41,272 nt of DNA from Craspedostauros australis. Lineage: Eukaryota. Where the stretch lies: contig JALAGF010003411.1 of NCBI GenBank assembly GCA_030167865.1, forward strand, positions 1-41,272, written 5' to 3'. Below, in pieces: positions 31,721 through 41,272 of the stretch; the stretch's first letter is position 1, and each line of letters opens with the position of its first letter. Both the position numbers and the translations under genes were made by a program. The notes beneath the pieces are model-generated. The model was given only the letters and a program-made list of their open reading frames with translations. It searched no databases and was not told the origin of the DNA.

Positions 31721-32582
31721 CTTCTTGCTTGACTGTTCGTTTGGCTGCTCTTGCCTTGCTCTTTGCCTTCTTCTGAACTATTACAATACTATATGCTGCG
31801 ATCAGACAATGCACTCTGCGGTGTACGTTGCTGTGATCAATGACCGGTTCAATCGATCGATGGGCTGCGTTGGTGCTTTCACTCCAGAGAGAGATCCTTC
31901 AATCTCGATCTGCGCTTGGGTGGATGTGGCTTCGATCGATCTTTCGCGGTCTTCGCTGTTGTTGTTGCCGTTGCCGTTGCTGTTGCTGGTCTTTTTCTTG
32001 CCTTGTTCGTGGGAATTTCGGTCACAACGCAACGCGGTGCAGCCGAACACGACACGGCAAAGTGCCGTGTCTCGCAACCTCCTCCGCGAAGCCACAGGGT
32101 CACCCCTCACCAATGCTGTTCGCGCACAGAACGATGCACATCATAAATACGATGTATCGCAGACATGTCTCCATTAACCGGGTGTTAACGTCCATGATGT
32201 TGAAACCGCTTCTTATTGGATCAATTAAATCTCACGACTCACTCATGATTCGAACAAAACGGTCGCAAGAACGTCACACGCGAAGACAAAACTGCCAACA
32301 AATCGCGTGTCGTGTCAGTAGATCAGGCTACGGTTCCAAATCTCTCTACTCTAGATAAAATGCAGATTAGTCGTTCTGCGACAACTTCTGGCGTCACGCA
32401 ACCCCCGAGATCGTTGCAGAGTCCCAAACGGGCACGACCTACTCTATCCGAGCATCATGACAGGGAAAGGCAACGAGGATACTCCACTCCGGAGTGTCCT
32501 CTAGAGTGTGTACGACTACGTGCACAACAACATACTATACGCCACTTTCGTAAAGTACTACATAGAGTATTCCTATTCTCGT

Positions 32583-35363
32583 TTATGATCCCATCACATC
32601 TTCGATGGCGGCGGCGATAGCATCCATCTCACCCTCCGGCATGGTGGCTGGCGGCTCGGTCTTCTCCTCGGCCTTCGGGGTGATCTTGCGACCTTCCATC
32701 ACGGCCTTGCGACTCAACGAAATCTTGCCCTTGTTGTTCAGACCGATGTACATCACATCCAGCTCTTCGACGCCCAGGCTCTTCACGAAGCCGCCGCAGT
32801 TGCGAATGCGTTGCTTGTCCAGCTCGGAGATGTGGCACAGTCCCTCGAGTCCTGGCGTGGAGCCGTCCTCGGCACCGGGCAGGATCTCCAGGAAGACGCC
32901 AAAATCGTGGATGCCCGTGATCTTGCCCTTGTAGATCTTGCCTTCCTCGGCCGGTGGACCGACGTACTTGGGGCGTTCCTCTCTTCGTCCGCCACGCCCT
33001 CCACCGCCGCCACCACCACCGCTGGTGAGGGCCTTGACGAAGTCCTTGGCCTCGTTGGCCCTGGTGGTGTTGAAGGAGCAGATCTGGACCATTCCGTCAT
33101 CCGTCACGTCGCATGCCTCGAGTTCGAAGTCCTCAATGATCTGACGGATTTGCTTGCCGCCAGGTCCAATGATCTTACCGATTGTTTCGAATGGCACATT
33201 GAACGAGACCATCTTGGGGACGGTGTCGGGCAGCTCGTCGCGCGCAGATGGGAGGACCTTCTCCATGGCATCCAGGATGTGGATGCGTCCAACGCGGGCC
33301 TGCTCCAAGGCACGTTCCATGGTGGCCAACGTCAGACCTTCGCACTTGATGTCGAGCTGGAAGGTGGTGATACCCTCGCGGTCACCGGCAACCTTGAAGT
33401 CCATGGTTCCGAGAGCGTCTTCGGTTCCCAGAATGTCGGAAAGGATGATGGCATCATCATCGGACACGCCACTCTTGTCATCCAGGAGCATACCCATGGC
33501 GATGCCGGCGATTGGACTCTTGATGGGCACGCCGGCATCCATGAGGGCGAGGCAGCCGCCACAGACGCTCGCCATGGAGCTGGAGCCGTGAGATTCGGTG
33601 ACCAGCGATTCCACACGAATTGAGTATGGGAAGTCTTTTTCGCTTGGGAGTCCCGGGATGAGCGCGCTGTGTTTCAAGCCGTGAGAGAGTTGTACAGTGC
33701 AGAATAGAGTAAAGTAGAGCCATGAGGATCACCATCGTGGTTAGTTCCGGGAATGCGAACAAGCAACTGACTGTGCGCACCTGCAAGGCATATAACTCAG
33801 GGCATGGCTCGCGAAAGGGCGTACTGTTGAAACACGCCAAGTGAACTCAACGTCCACATCGTCTCTAACTTACCGTTCCGCCAAGTTGCCGTGGCCAACC
33901 TCACGACGTCCCGGCATTCCCACGCGGCCCGTTTCTCCGACACAACTGGGCGGGAAGGTGTACTGCAAGTAAAATCGCTTCTGCTCCATTCCATCCAGCT
34001 TGTCAATCTTCTGCTTCATGCTGGAACCACCCAAGGTCGCGGTGGCCAAGGCCTGAGTTTCACCGCGCGTGAACAAGGCAGAACCATGCACTCGCGGCAA
34101 CATGCCGGCCTCCATGTCGAGATGTCGAATCTCGTCGAACTTGCGCCCGTCGCATCGCACGCCCACCGTTTTGGCACGCACGAACATGCGGCGGCACAGC
34201 AGATCCTTGAAGGCGCCCATGAGGGCTTTCTCTTGATCGGGGAATTCCTCCTCGAGCTCTTCGACCATGGCCCTTTGCAGCTTCCTCATGATGGGACCCT
34301 GGGTCGTTTTGGTGCCGCCACCGGCGTACATTTCATCGATGTGGTCTGTCATGATCTCATTGACGCGTTCCTGAAGTCCCTCGATGGGTGCTTCGATCGT
34401 GTCCATCTTCTTTTTGATGCCGACCGTGTTGCCGAATTCCTGGACGGCTTCGCAGATGGCCTGGATGGCGTTGTGGCCGAAGGTGACGGCCTTGATCATG
34501 GTGTCCTCGGGCAGGAAGTTGGAGGCACCCTCGATCATCAGCACGGCGTCCTTCGTTCCGGCGACGACGAGCTGCAGGTCGCTGGTCTCCATCTGCTGGT
34601 TGGTGGGATTGAGAACGTATTCGTCGGTGGCCTTGTAGTATCCCACCATGACGGCGCCCACGGGCTTCGTGAGCGGCACGTCGGAGAGGTAGAGCGCGGT
34701 GGCGCTGGCCGTGATGGCCAACGGATCGCACGATCGGATTCCGTCGTACGACAGCACCCAGCTCAGTAACTGCGTCTCATGCCTCCACCCTCCCGCGATC
34801 AAGGGTCGCAGCGGGCGATCGATCAGTCGGCACGTGAGGATTTCGTGTTCGGCGGGGCGTCCGTCGCGTTTGTTGTAGGATCCGGACGTCGTTCCGGCCG
34901 ACGAGAAGCGTTCCTGATGCTCGACGCTAAGGGGTAGGAAGTCGATGCCCTCCTTGGGTTCGGAATCGCGGGCGGCCGTGGCGTACAGGACGGTCTCGCC
35001 GCGCGTCAAGGTGATGGCGCCGGCCGCCTGTCGTCCGAGCTTTCCCGTTTCAATGACGATGGTCTCTTCTGGCACGAATTCAGATGGTTTGGCATCTTCG
35101 GCAGTCGCGGCTGGCGAATCGTCGGTCTGCTTCTGTCCTGGCAGACTGCGAATGGTGAGGGTGTGGACAGCACCGCCGGATGGGCCAGTGTTCGTGGTCT
35201 CGATGGAGAAGAAGTCAGTCTCTGCCGCAAGCACGGTTGGTGGCGTGGTCTGTGCCGATCTGCCGACCACCAGCGCTGGCTTTCGTAATCTGCGGAAGGA
35301 GTTGCCGTTCGGAGAGAATGCCGCTGTCAAGACGACCGTCGTTGTGAGCACCAGCAGTCTCAT
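32583..35363 (-). CDS. pnp: Polyribonucleotide nucleotidyltransferase (PNPase), probably plastid-targeted, 2 exons, about 857 aa
   Basis: Exons 35363-33874 and 33666-32583 (GTAAGT...CAG) restore [26 protein letters not shown]. Motifs include ETGKLGRQA, RLIDRPLRP, RCDGRKFDEIR, HGSALFTRGETQ, GSSSMASVCGG, GTMDFKVAG, KH (IIGPGGK) and S1. The N-terminus MRLLVLTTTVVLTAA-FSP is a signal peptide plus ASAFAP-like motif. Confidence 0.95.
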
Positions 35364-35560
35364 GGTGCCAGAGGAATATGAGTATGATCCCTTGTGGTTG
35401 CTCGTGGTTGCTCGTGGCTGCTTCAGGGTTGGGCGCTCTCTGTATTCTGTGTATTCCAATGTTCTTTGAATACGTACGAGTGAGTATGGACGAGTGAGTA
35501 TGGACGAGAGAAGAATGGAGTACACTACTCTAGTCTACGTTACTATTTGTTGGATTGCAA

Positions 35561-35592
35561 TAGCAGTAGCAGTAGCAGTAGCAGTAGCAATA
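35561..35592. repeat. Hexanucleotide microsatellite (tagcag)n
   Basis: About 5 copies upstream of PNPase. Confidence 0.8.
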
Positions 35593-36257
35593 GAAGAACG
35601 AGCCGTTGCAAGCACAAATGAGATGGGCTGATGTGAATCTTCCCACAGGAGGGATGGTGGTGGGTCACGCAACTGATGACGCAGAACGGATCTGCTTGGG
35701 GTTGGATCTCTGTTGGTGGCGTTGCAGCATTGTCCACAAGAGAGGAGATGGATGGGTGGCCCCACGTTGCCTGCCGACTTGGCTGATGGCTACCTTCCGT
35801 TCTTGATGTGTTGGTTTTGATGGCTTCACGTCATTCCTTGTTGCCGCGGTTTTGAACTCTGCGGTCATCCGTCCCACATGACAAAGCTCGTGCGTTGGTG
35901 GGCAGACCGCAATCACATGCACGACTGCGATGGTCTGGTACAGATATTGATTCATCCGAATGAGACTGAAGGTGGATCCAAGACTCGTGTTCGTGTTTCA
36001 AACGCGCACCATTTTGCGCACGCGGCGGCGCGAAAAGAACGGTGATGGGCGCAGGCACAAGCGGAGACGCCCGCGGTGATGTGCTCTTTCCTCTGTAGAC
36101 TCCGTACCTGTCCAGTTACAGTAGATGGAAGAAACCTCCACTCATGCAATACCTCGCACCACACATCAAACCATCCATAGTGGCAAAGAGGAAGTAGAAT
36201 AGAACAGAAGAACAGAGGTGGTCGTACTTGTAGAATTACAAAAACGTACAGCCCAAA

Positions 36258-37535
36258 ATGAGCGTGATCCTGGCAACGGGCGGCTACGACCACAAGATCC
36301 GATTCTGGGATGCCCCTTCCGGTGCCTGCGTCCGCGTCATCCCCTTCCCCGATTCTCCCATCAACAAGTTGGAGATCACGTCGGGCAAGCAGTGCATCGC
36401 CGCTGCGGGCAATCCCAACATCGAGATCTTCGACGTCGACAGCCAGAACCCGCAGCCCGTTCTGACATTGAAGGGGCACAAGGACGCCGTCACGTCGATC
36501 GGGTTTCAGATGGATGCGCGTTACCTGTACAGCGGATCGGAGGACGGCACGATCAAGCTGTGGGATCTGCGCGGATCCTCCTACTCGCGCAGCATGGATT
36601 GCAAGGGACCCGTGCGGTCCGTCACGTTGCGCGAAGATCGCGATGAGATCATCTCGGGCGATTCCAACGGGATGGTCAAGATTTGGGATTTGGGGCGAGA
36701 TGCGGCCGAGAATGGCAGCATCGTCGCTATGCAGCCCGGCGATTCGGGGACCTTGACGTCCGCGATTCAGGCCGTGGATATATCGGCGGATTCCAAGACG
36801 TTGGTGGCAGCCAACAATCATGGCATGGTCTTTGCTTGGGATCCCAACACGCCGGTGACGGTGATGGACGAGTCTCCGATTGTGTCTCCAGATGCGCCTG
36901 TCGACGGCGATGCCTCCAAAAGAAGGCAGGATCAGTTGGATGTGGATCTAGACAACAAGAGTGCTGCTGCCAATGTTGACGGCAATGATGATAATGGCTA
37001 TGGTGATGATGGTGATGTTGGCGACAACAACACTGGCAACCGCAGCACAAAGGATGTTAATGATGACGCTGACGACGAAGGAGAGAGTGACGACGTCCAC
37101 CACGACAGCGCTGACCACGAACAGGAAGATCGAGATCAAAAACTGCCACAGCACGATGCAGCTACACCATCATCAACAGCGACTTCCAATTCACCCCAAC
37201 TCAAGCTGCTCACCCAATTCCGCGCTCACCCCATCGGCACTTACTGCCTGCACGCTCGCCTTGCACCAAGCCGCGACATCCTCTGCACCACCAGCAGCGA
37301 TGGCTCCGCCAAGCTATGGAACACGTCCACGTGGATGCTGGAGCACGATCTCAAGCGGCATTCCAAATGGGTCTGGGATGCCGCATTCTGTGAGGACTCC
37401 AGCTACCTCGTCACCGCCAGCAGCGACAAGACTGCCAAGCTGTGGAATCTTGGCACCGCCGGCGACGTCGTCCGACAATACCATGGGCACGAATCCACGG
37501 TTACGTGCGTGGCATTGAACGATAACAGTAATTAG
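36258..37535 (+). CDS. LST8: Target of rapamycin complex subunit LST8 (WD40)
   Basis: N-terminus MSVILATGGYDHKIRFW, AAAGNPNI, YSGSEDGTIKLWDLR, H.KWVWDAAF..DSSYLVTASSD.TAKLW and the C-terminus GH...VTCVALND are LST8 hallmarks. Confidence 0.92.
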   Translation: MSVILATGGYDHKIRFWDAPSGACVRVIPFPDSPINKLEITSGKQCIAAAGNPNIEIFDVDSQNPQPVLTLKGHKDAVTSIGFQMDARYLYSGSEDGTIKLWDLRGSSYSRSMDCKGPVRSVTLREDRDEIISGDSNGMVKIWDLGRDAAENGSIVAMQPGDSGTLTSAIQAVDISADSKTLVAANNHGMVFAWDPNTPVTVMDESPIVSPDAPVDGDASKRRQDQLDVDLDNKSAAANVDGNDDNGYGDDGDVGDNNTGNRSTKDVNDDADDEGESDDVHHDSADHEQEDRDQKLPQHDAATPSSTATSNSPQLKLLTQFRAHPIGTYCLHARLAPSRDILCTTSSDGSAKLWNTSTWMLEHDLKRHSKWVWDAAFCEDSSYLVTASSDKTAKLWNLGTAGDVVRQYHGHESTVTCVALNDNSN

Positions 37536-37638
37536 CATGGAATAGATTGTAGTGCTCTCTAGAGCGTGCTCTGGAACACTTCAATACCATGCGCGCGCTA
37601 CATGCGGTTGAAGTAGAGATACCGTACCAAAACACTTT

Positions 37639-38181
37639 CTATTTGTAGGACGAGTTCATGAATTCCAGCAACTCTTGCCTCGCCTTTTCATGCGCCAGAT
37701 CTTCCGCCGTCTTGTTGATCTTCAATTTGAGCTTCTTGCCTGTGATCACGCTGCGGCGAACATCGTCGTCGCCGTCGCTCTTTCGTTTCTTGGTCTTTTT
37801 GCTGCTCTTCTTTTTCGGTTTCTTTGACTTCTTCTTCTTCTTGCGACGTTTCTTGCGTGCTTCCTCTTCGCTGCTGTCGCTGTCGCTATCGCTGTCGCTA
37901 TCATCGCGCGATGGCCGTCGTCGCTTGGAAGATGATCGTTTTCGTCGTTTCGATTTGCGGCTTGACTTCTTTTTGGCGACCTCATCGTCGTCGCTGTCAT
38001 CGCTATCGCTGTCGTCATTGTCCCGCCTTCGTTTCTTGTGCGATGGCTTTTTCTTTTTGCGCGATTTCTTCTCGCGGCTTTCCTCTTCGGACGAGGAGGA
38101 GCTGCTGTCGCTGCTGTCATCGTCATCTGACGAGGAAGAAGAGGAACTCTCTTCTTCCTCTTTTCGTTTGGATCGTCCCAT
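37639..38181 (-). CDS. Lys/Arg/Ser/Asp-rich low-complexity protein with structured-looking C-terminus (probably nuclear)
   Basis: ATG at 38181. Alternating S/D and K/R blocks are followed by RRSVITGKKLKLKINKTAEDLAHEKARQELLEFMNS. Function not recognised. Confidence 0.75.
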   Translation of the reverse strand: MGRSKRKEEEESSSSSSSDDDDSSDSSSSSSEEESREKKSRKKKKPSHKKRRRDNDDSDSDDSDDDEVAKKKSSRKSKRRKRSSSKRRRPSRDDSDSDSDSDSSEEEARKKRRKKKKKSKKPKKKSSKKTKKRKSDGDDDVRRSVITGKKLKLKINKTAEDLAHEKARQELLEFMNSSYK

Positions 38182-38756
38182 GGTGAAGTGTTGCGGTAAT
38201 CTGTCCAATTATATTAAAGTGGTGGACTGGGAGCGAATCTCAATGCTGTATAATATTATATCTGCGTTCGAAATTGTTCACGAAAGGCAAAGAAAACGAT
38301 GATGAAGTTGATGATGAAGTTGATGATGTGATGGCGATGGCTGACGATGGGATCATGTGATGTTCCAGCACTTGCGGTGTGCCAAGGAAGACAAAAGCAA
38401 ACACCATTCGAAAACACGCGCACTTGCCGACTGCGAGGCACCCATGATGAGTTTGGTTGGTGGGAGATGGCGGGAAAACACTGACGACGGACGCACAAGA
38501 ATGAACGTAACCACGACTGACTGATTCCAAAGTGATTCTGTGTTGGTGGTCGCTGCCGACCCATCACCAACAGTTTGCGACAAACAAAGTGCACTTCCGT
38601 GGGTTCATCCACTCACCCACTCATCCATCGCGTCCATCGCGTCCATTGCATCTAGCAATCCAACATCCTCGAAGTCTCTATCGACCACTCTGACACGCTG
38701 TCAGAAGGAAACTCGAAGGACGGAAACGCGAGGGAAGGAAGGAAGAATGACAAGAG

Positions 38757-40136
38757 ATGAGAGCGTTTTACTTTCGAAGAAAGATGAAACGACCTTCTAT
38801 GCCAACTCTGTCGGCATTGGTGCTCCTGTCGTCGACATTGCATCTACTGTCGCTATTAACACTGCCATCATTTCGTGATGGAAGCACCGCACTCTTTTGT
38901 GAGGCACTCAGCACCACAGGAGCAGTGACACCAACGCCGTCCATCATTGAACAGCAGCGGCAAAACCAAATGCATCATCAGCACCAGCGTGACTACCCAG
39001 ACTCATCTGCGGACACCAGCGCTGAATGCGATCTGCGTGCTCCCACCTCGTCTCGCATTGACGACAAACACGAAATTCTCGCGAGCAAATGCCAGGACTA
39101 CACCATTCCGAATCGACGCATCCAATACAAGCACGTTGAATGGAGCGGTTCTGCTCTGCCGATGCAAATCTTCTCTGCTCCGAACAGCGAGAAGCAGGCG
39201 CCGAACTACAAAACCAACCTTCCTGCGGGTCGCAAACCCACCTCCCCAAACGACAATGATGTCGACCTCAGTTCCATCAGCATAGAAGAGCTCCAATCCA
39301 TGAATCTCTCCAAATCGTCGCATGAACTCCTCAAACGATATTCCGAACTCTCCGAACGACAGCAGAGGCAGCTCATCCAGAAGATACGTGCCGAGCATCG
39401 CGCGAGCCAACCACTGGATCCAAATCTGATGGAGATTCTGTACTGCGACGAGCACATCTGCGTCGCCAACAAACCTAGCGGCATCCTCAGCGTCCCTGGC
39501 CCACGGCGCAATCCTTCCTTGGCGAACCTGCTGTACGACGCTCTGCAACCCACCGATCTGGATTCCGTTGATCAGATGATCGTGCATCGGTTGGATATGG
39601 CGACGAGCGGCATCATCGTCTACGCGCTGACACGCCAGGCCTTGTGCCAACTGCACTTGGATTTCAAACAGCGGAACGTCATTAAGATCTATCACGCGCT
39701 CCTTCCAGGACACTTGGACGATCGATACGCGGAAGGCGAGATCGATGTCACGATGGAACGAGATCCCAACAATCCACCCTACATGCGCGTCTACAACGTC
39801 GCGACGGCCGACTTGGACAAGGAAACGCCAGCATTCTCGCCGGATCACAAGTTCTTTCGAGAATCCAAAAAGACCAGCCAGACCACGTACCGCGTATTGC
39901 GACGGCACACCAGCGGCAACGATCCCATGACGCGCATCGAACTGAAACCATGGACGGGACGGACGCACCAACTGCGAGTGCATTGCGCGCAAGTGTTGGG
40001 ATATCCAATCTTGGGTGATGAGATCTACAGGTCGGAGGATTTGGACATTCCCTTGTGTTTGCATGCGCACAGGCTGTGCATCAATCATCCCATCTCAGGC
40101 GCACCCATGATCTTTCAAGTCGATCCACCTTTTTGA
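38757..40136 (+). CDS. RluA-family pseudouridine synthase, probably organelle-targeted
   Basis: NKPSGILSVPG, catalytic VHRLDMATSG, TGRTHQLRVH, GYPILGDEIY and LCLHAHRL. A hydrophobic signal-peptide-like segment precedes CEA-LS. The true start may be a downstream ATG (38784 or 38799). Confidence 0.92.
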   Translation: MRAFYFRRKMKRPSMPTLSALVLLSSTLHLLSLLTLPSFRDGSTALFCEALSTTGAVTPTPSIIEQQRQNQMHHQHQRDYPDSSADTSAECDLRAPTSSRIDDKHEILASKCQDYTIPNRRIQYKHVEWSGSALPMQIFSAPNSEKQAPNYKTNLPAGRKPTSPNDNDVDLSSISIEELQSMNLSKSSHELLKRYSELSERQQRQLIQKIRAEHRASQPLDPNLMEILYCDEHICVANKPSGILSVPGPRRNPSLANLLYDALQPTDLDSVDQMIVHRLDMATSGIIVYALTRQALCQLHLDFKQRNVIKIYHALLPGHLDDRYAEGEIDVTMERDPNNPPYMRVYNVATADLDKETPAFSPDHKFFRESKKTSQTTYRVLRRHTSGNDPMTRIELKPWTGRTHQLRVHCAQVLGYPILGDEIYRSEDLDIPLCLHAHRLCINHPISGAPMIFQVDPPF

Positions 40137-40537
40137 AACTACACCGTTCTTTTCGGTTGGAAATAGGACGCAATGGAGTGCTTGTATTAACATGCTCTTG
40201 AATCATAATACATTAAGGTATAGTAGTAACGACAGCACTCTAACGAGAGATGTGACGAAACCGCATGGCGTAATTGATTCTTTCGTGAATCTGACATCCT
40301 CGATTCAGTCATTCCATCAGTTCATACCATTGCGTTTTCTGCATTTCTTTGTCTTGCTGCGTTCTTTGGGATTGCTTGTGATGTTCTGTGCCTCGCTACA
40401 ACTGCGGCATCAGACAGATAATCGTTCCGTGGAGGCGTCGCTTGAGAGGAGTTCACTTGGTTGCTCGTCTTGACAATCGCTCTGCAATATCATACGCAGT
40501 CGTGCGAATGCTCAGCCTTTCTCTTTCCCTCTTCTTT

Positions 40538-41272
40538 CTATTTATCAGCGTCCACCCCAATTTTCAGCACTTCCAATGCAGCCACGATATCTGCCACCGG
40601 CAAGTCTTCACCAGTCTCTTCTTGGTAGGAGTACCTGGGCTTGCCTTTCGTATCGAACAGTATCAAACCGCCTTTCAGTAGACCTTCTCCTTTCGTATTC
40701 CCGCTGATATTCTTCTCCTGAATCCGACTTATCCAACTGAAGACGCCCATCATCATGCTCCACAGTGCCGGCAAGTCTGTGGCACGTCGATCACCCAGCG
40801 CCTGATAGAATGCGAACGATTTATCGCAAAAGAGCGGCGCGTCAAGAAAATACTTCTGGGAGAACTCCATGAGACCTTCATCGTCGATGCCCGTCTCCTT
40901 GACAACACCGAACAGTCCGAAACCCTCCAATGAATTTGTGTCGGCAGCAAGCGCGCTCAAGGTAAGTGCGTGCTCCCGACACAAGAATCATCCTGGTCGG
41001 CGAACGACGAAGCAAATGCCTAGAGAGAGAGATTGTGCGTTGCGCAGCGCAGCGCAGAAAATGCAGAGCCGAGTTACGCAGCGTTAGTTGTGCTTTCGTT
41101 GAGACGCAACACAGCGCAGCATAACGCAACACAGCATACTGTGGCAAACTGCGGGTCGACGTCCACTTACTCCCGTATTTCCCAGTCTGTTCTCGGATCA
41201 TCTCGCGACTTCGCAACACATCAATTTCAGAAACGGAGTCCTTCGTGATTCTCAATTGGACCATCTGTTTGG
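40538..41272 (-). CDS. AhpC/TSA peroxiredoxin-like 2 (PRXL2A/SelU-like) protein with in-frame TGA; probable selenoprotein; 5' end may lie outside the window
   Basis: Upstream exon ending at 41171 (GTAAGT donor), intron 41170-41020 (polypyrimidine + TAG), exon 41019-40538. The splice gives KYGSICFVVRRPG-TGA-FLCREHA...LFGVVKE...FYQALG...ISGNTKGEGLLKGG, a PRXL2-type thioredoxin fold. TGA at 40990-40988. Confidence 0.85.

Noticed and set aside
33667-33873. Alternative CAG acceptors within the PNPase intron
   Set aside because: Only the acceptor at 33667 restores the conserved AER-AL..LP....FPY sequence.
13154-40136. Apparent cluster of RNA-metabolism genes (BMT5/RluA fusion, helicase, PNPase, RluA)
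   Set aside because: They are spread over 27 kb among unrelated genes and probably act in different compartments. No evidence of a functional cluster without synteny data.
40538-40984. ORF-track 148-aa protein starting at TTG 40984
   Set aside because: It is only the post-TGA part of the spliced PRXL2/SelU-like gene; family-like sequence continues upstream through the TGA.

Overview
Eukaryotic nuclear DNA, most consistent with a diatom or related photosynthetic stramenopile. The evidence is dense, mostly intronless genes, a few short GT-AG introns, a signal peptide plus ASAFAP-like plastid presequence, a diatom-type membrane-anchored LRR protein and microsatellite-rich intergenic DNA. I can support 17 protein-coding genes: a LURP/tubby-C-like protein, a FUSC/ALMT-like transporter, a MINDY deubiquitinase, a GT61 glycosyltransferase, MYCBP, a BMT5-like methyltransferase/C2H2/S4/RluA-like fusion, a fatty acid hydroxylase, a hypothetical protein, a SET-domain protein, a MOV10/SDE3-like helicase, a 4-exon LRR protein, TM9SF, a plastid PNPase, LST8, a K/R/S/D-rich protein, an RluA pseudouridine synthase and a spliced AhpC/TSA (PRXL2/SelU-like) gene. 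The strongest hidden signal is in the last gene: an in-frame TGA at the first position of its redox motif (RRPG-TGA-FLC, i.e. UxxC) marks a probable selenoprotein that the ORF track truncates. Its 3' region holds two non-canonical SECIS-like hairpins. The second highlight is the fusion of two rRNA-modification modules in one ORF. I recognised no tRNA, rRNA, CRISPR array or intact mobile element. All family assignments come from motif recognition by eye, not from database searches.
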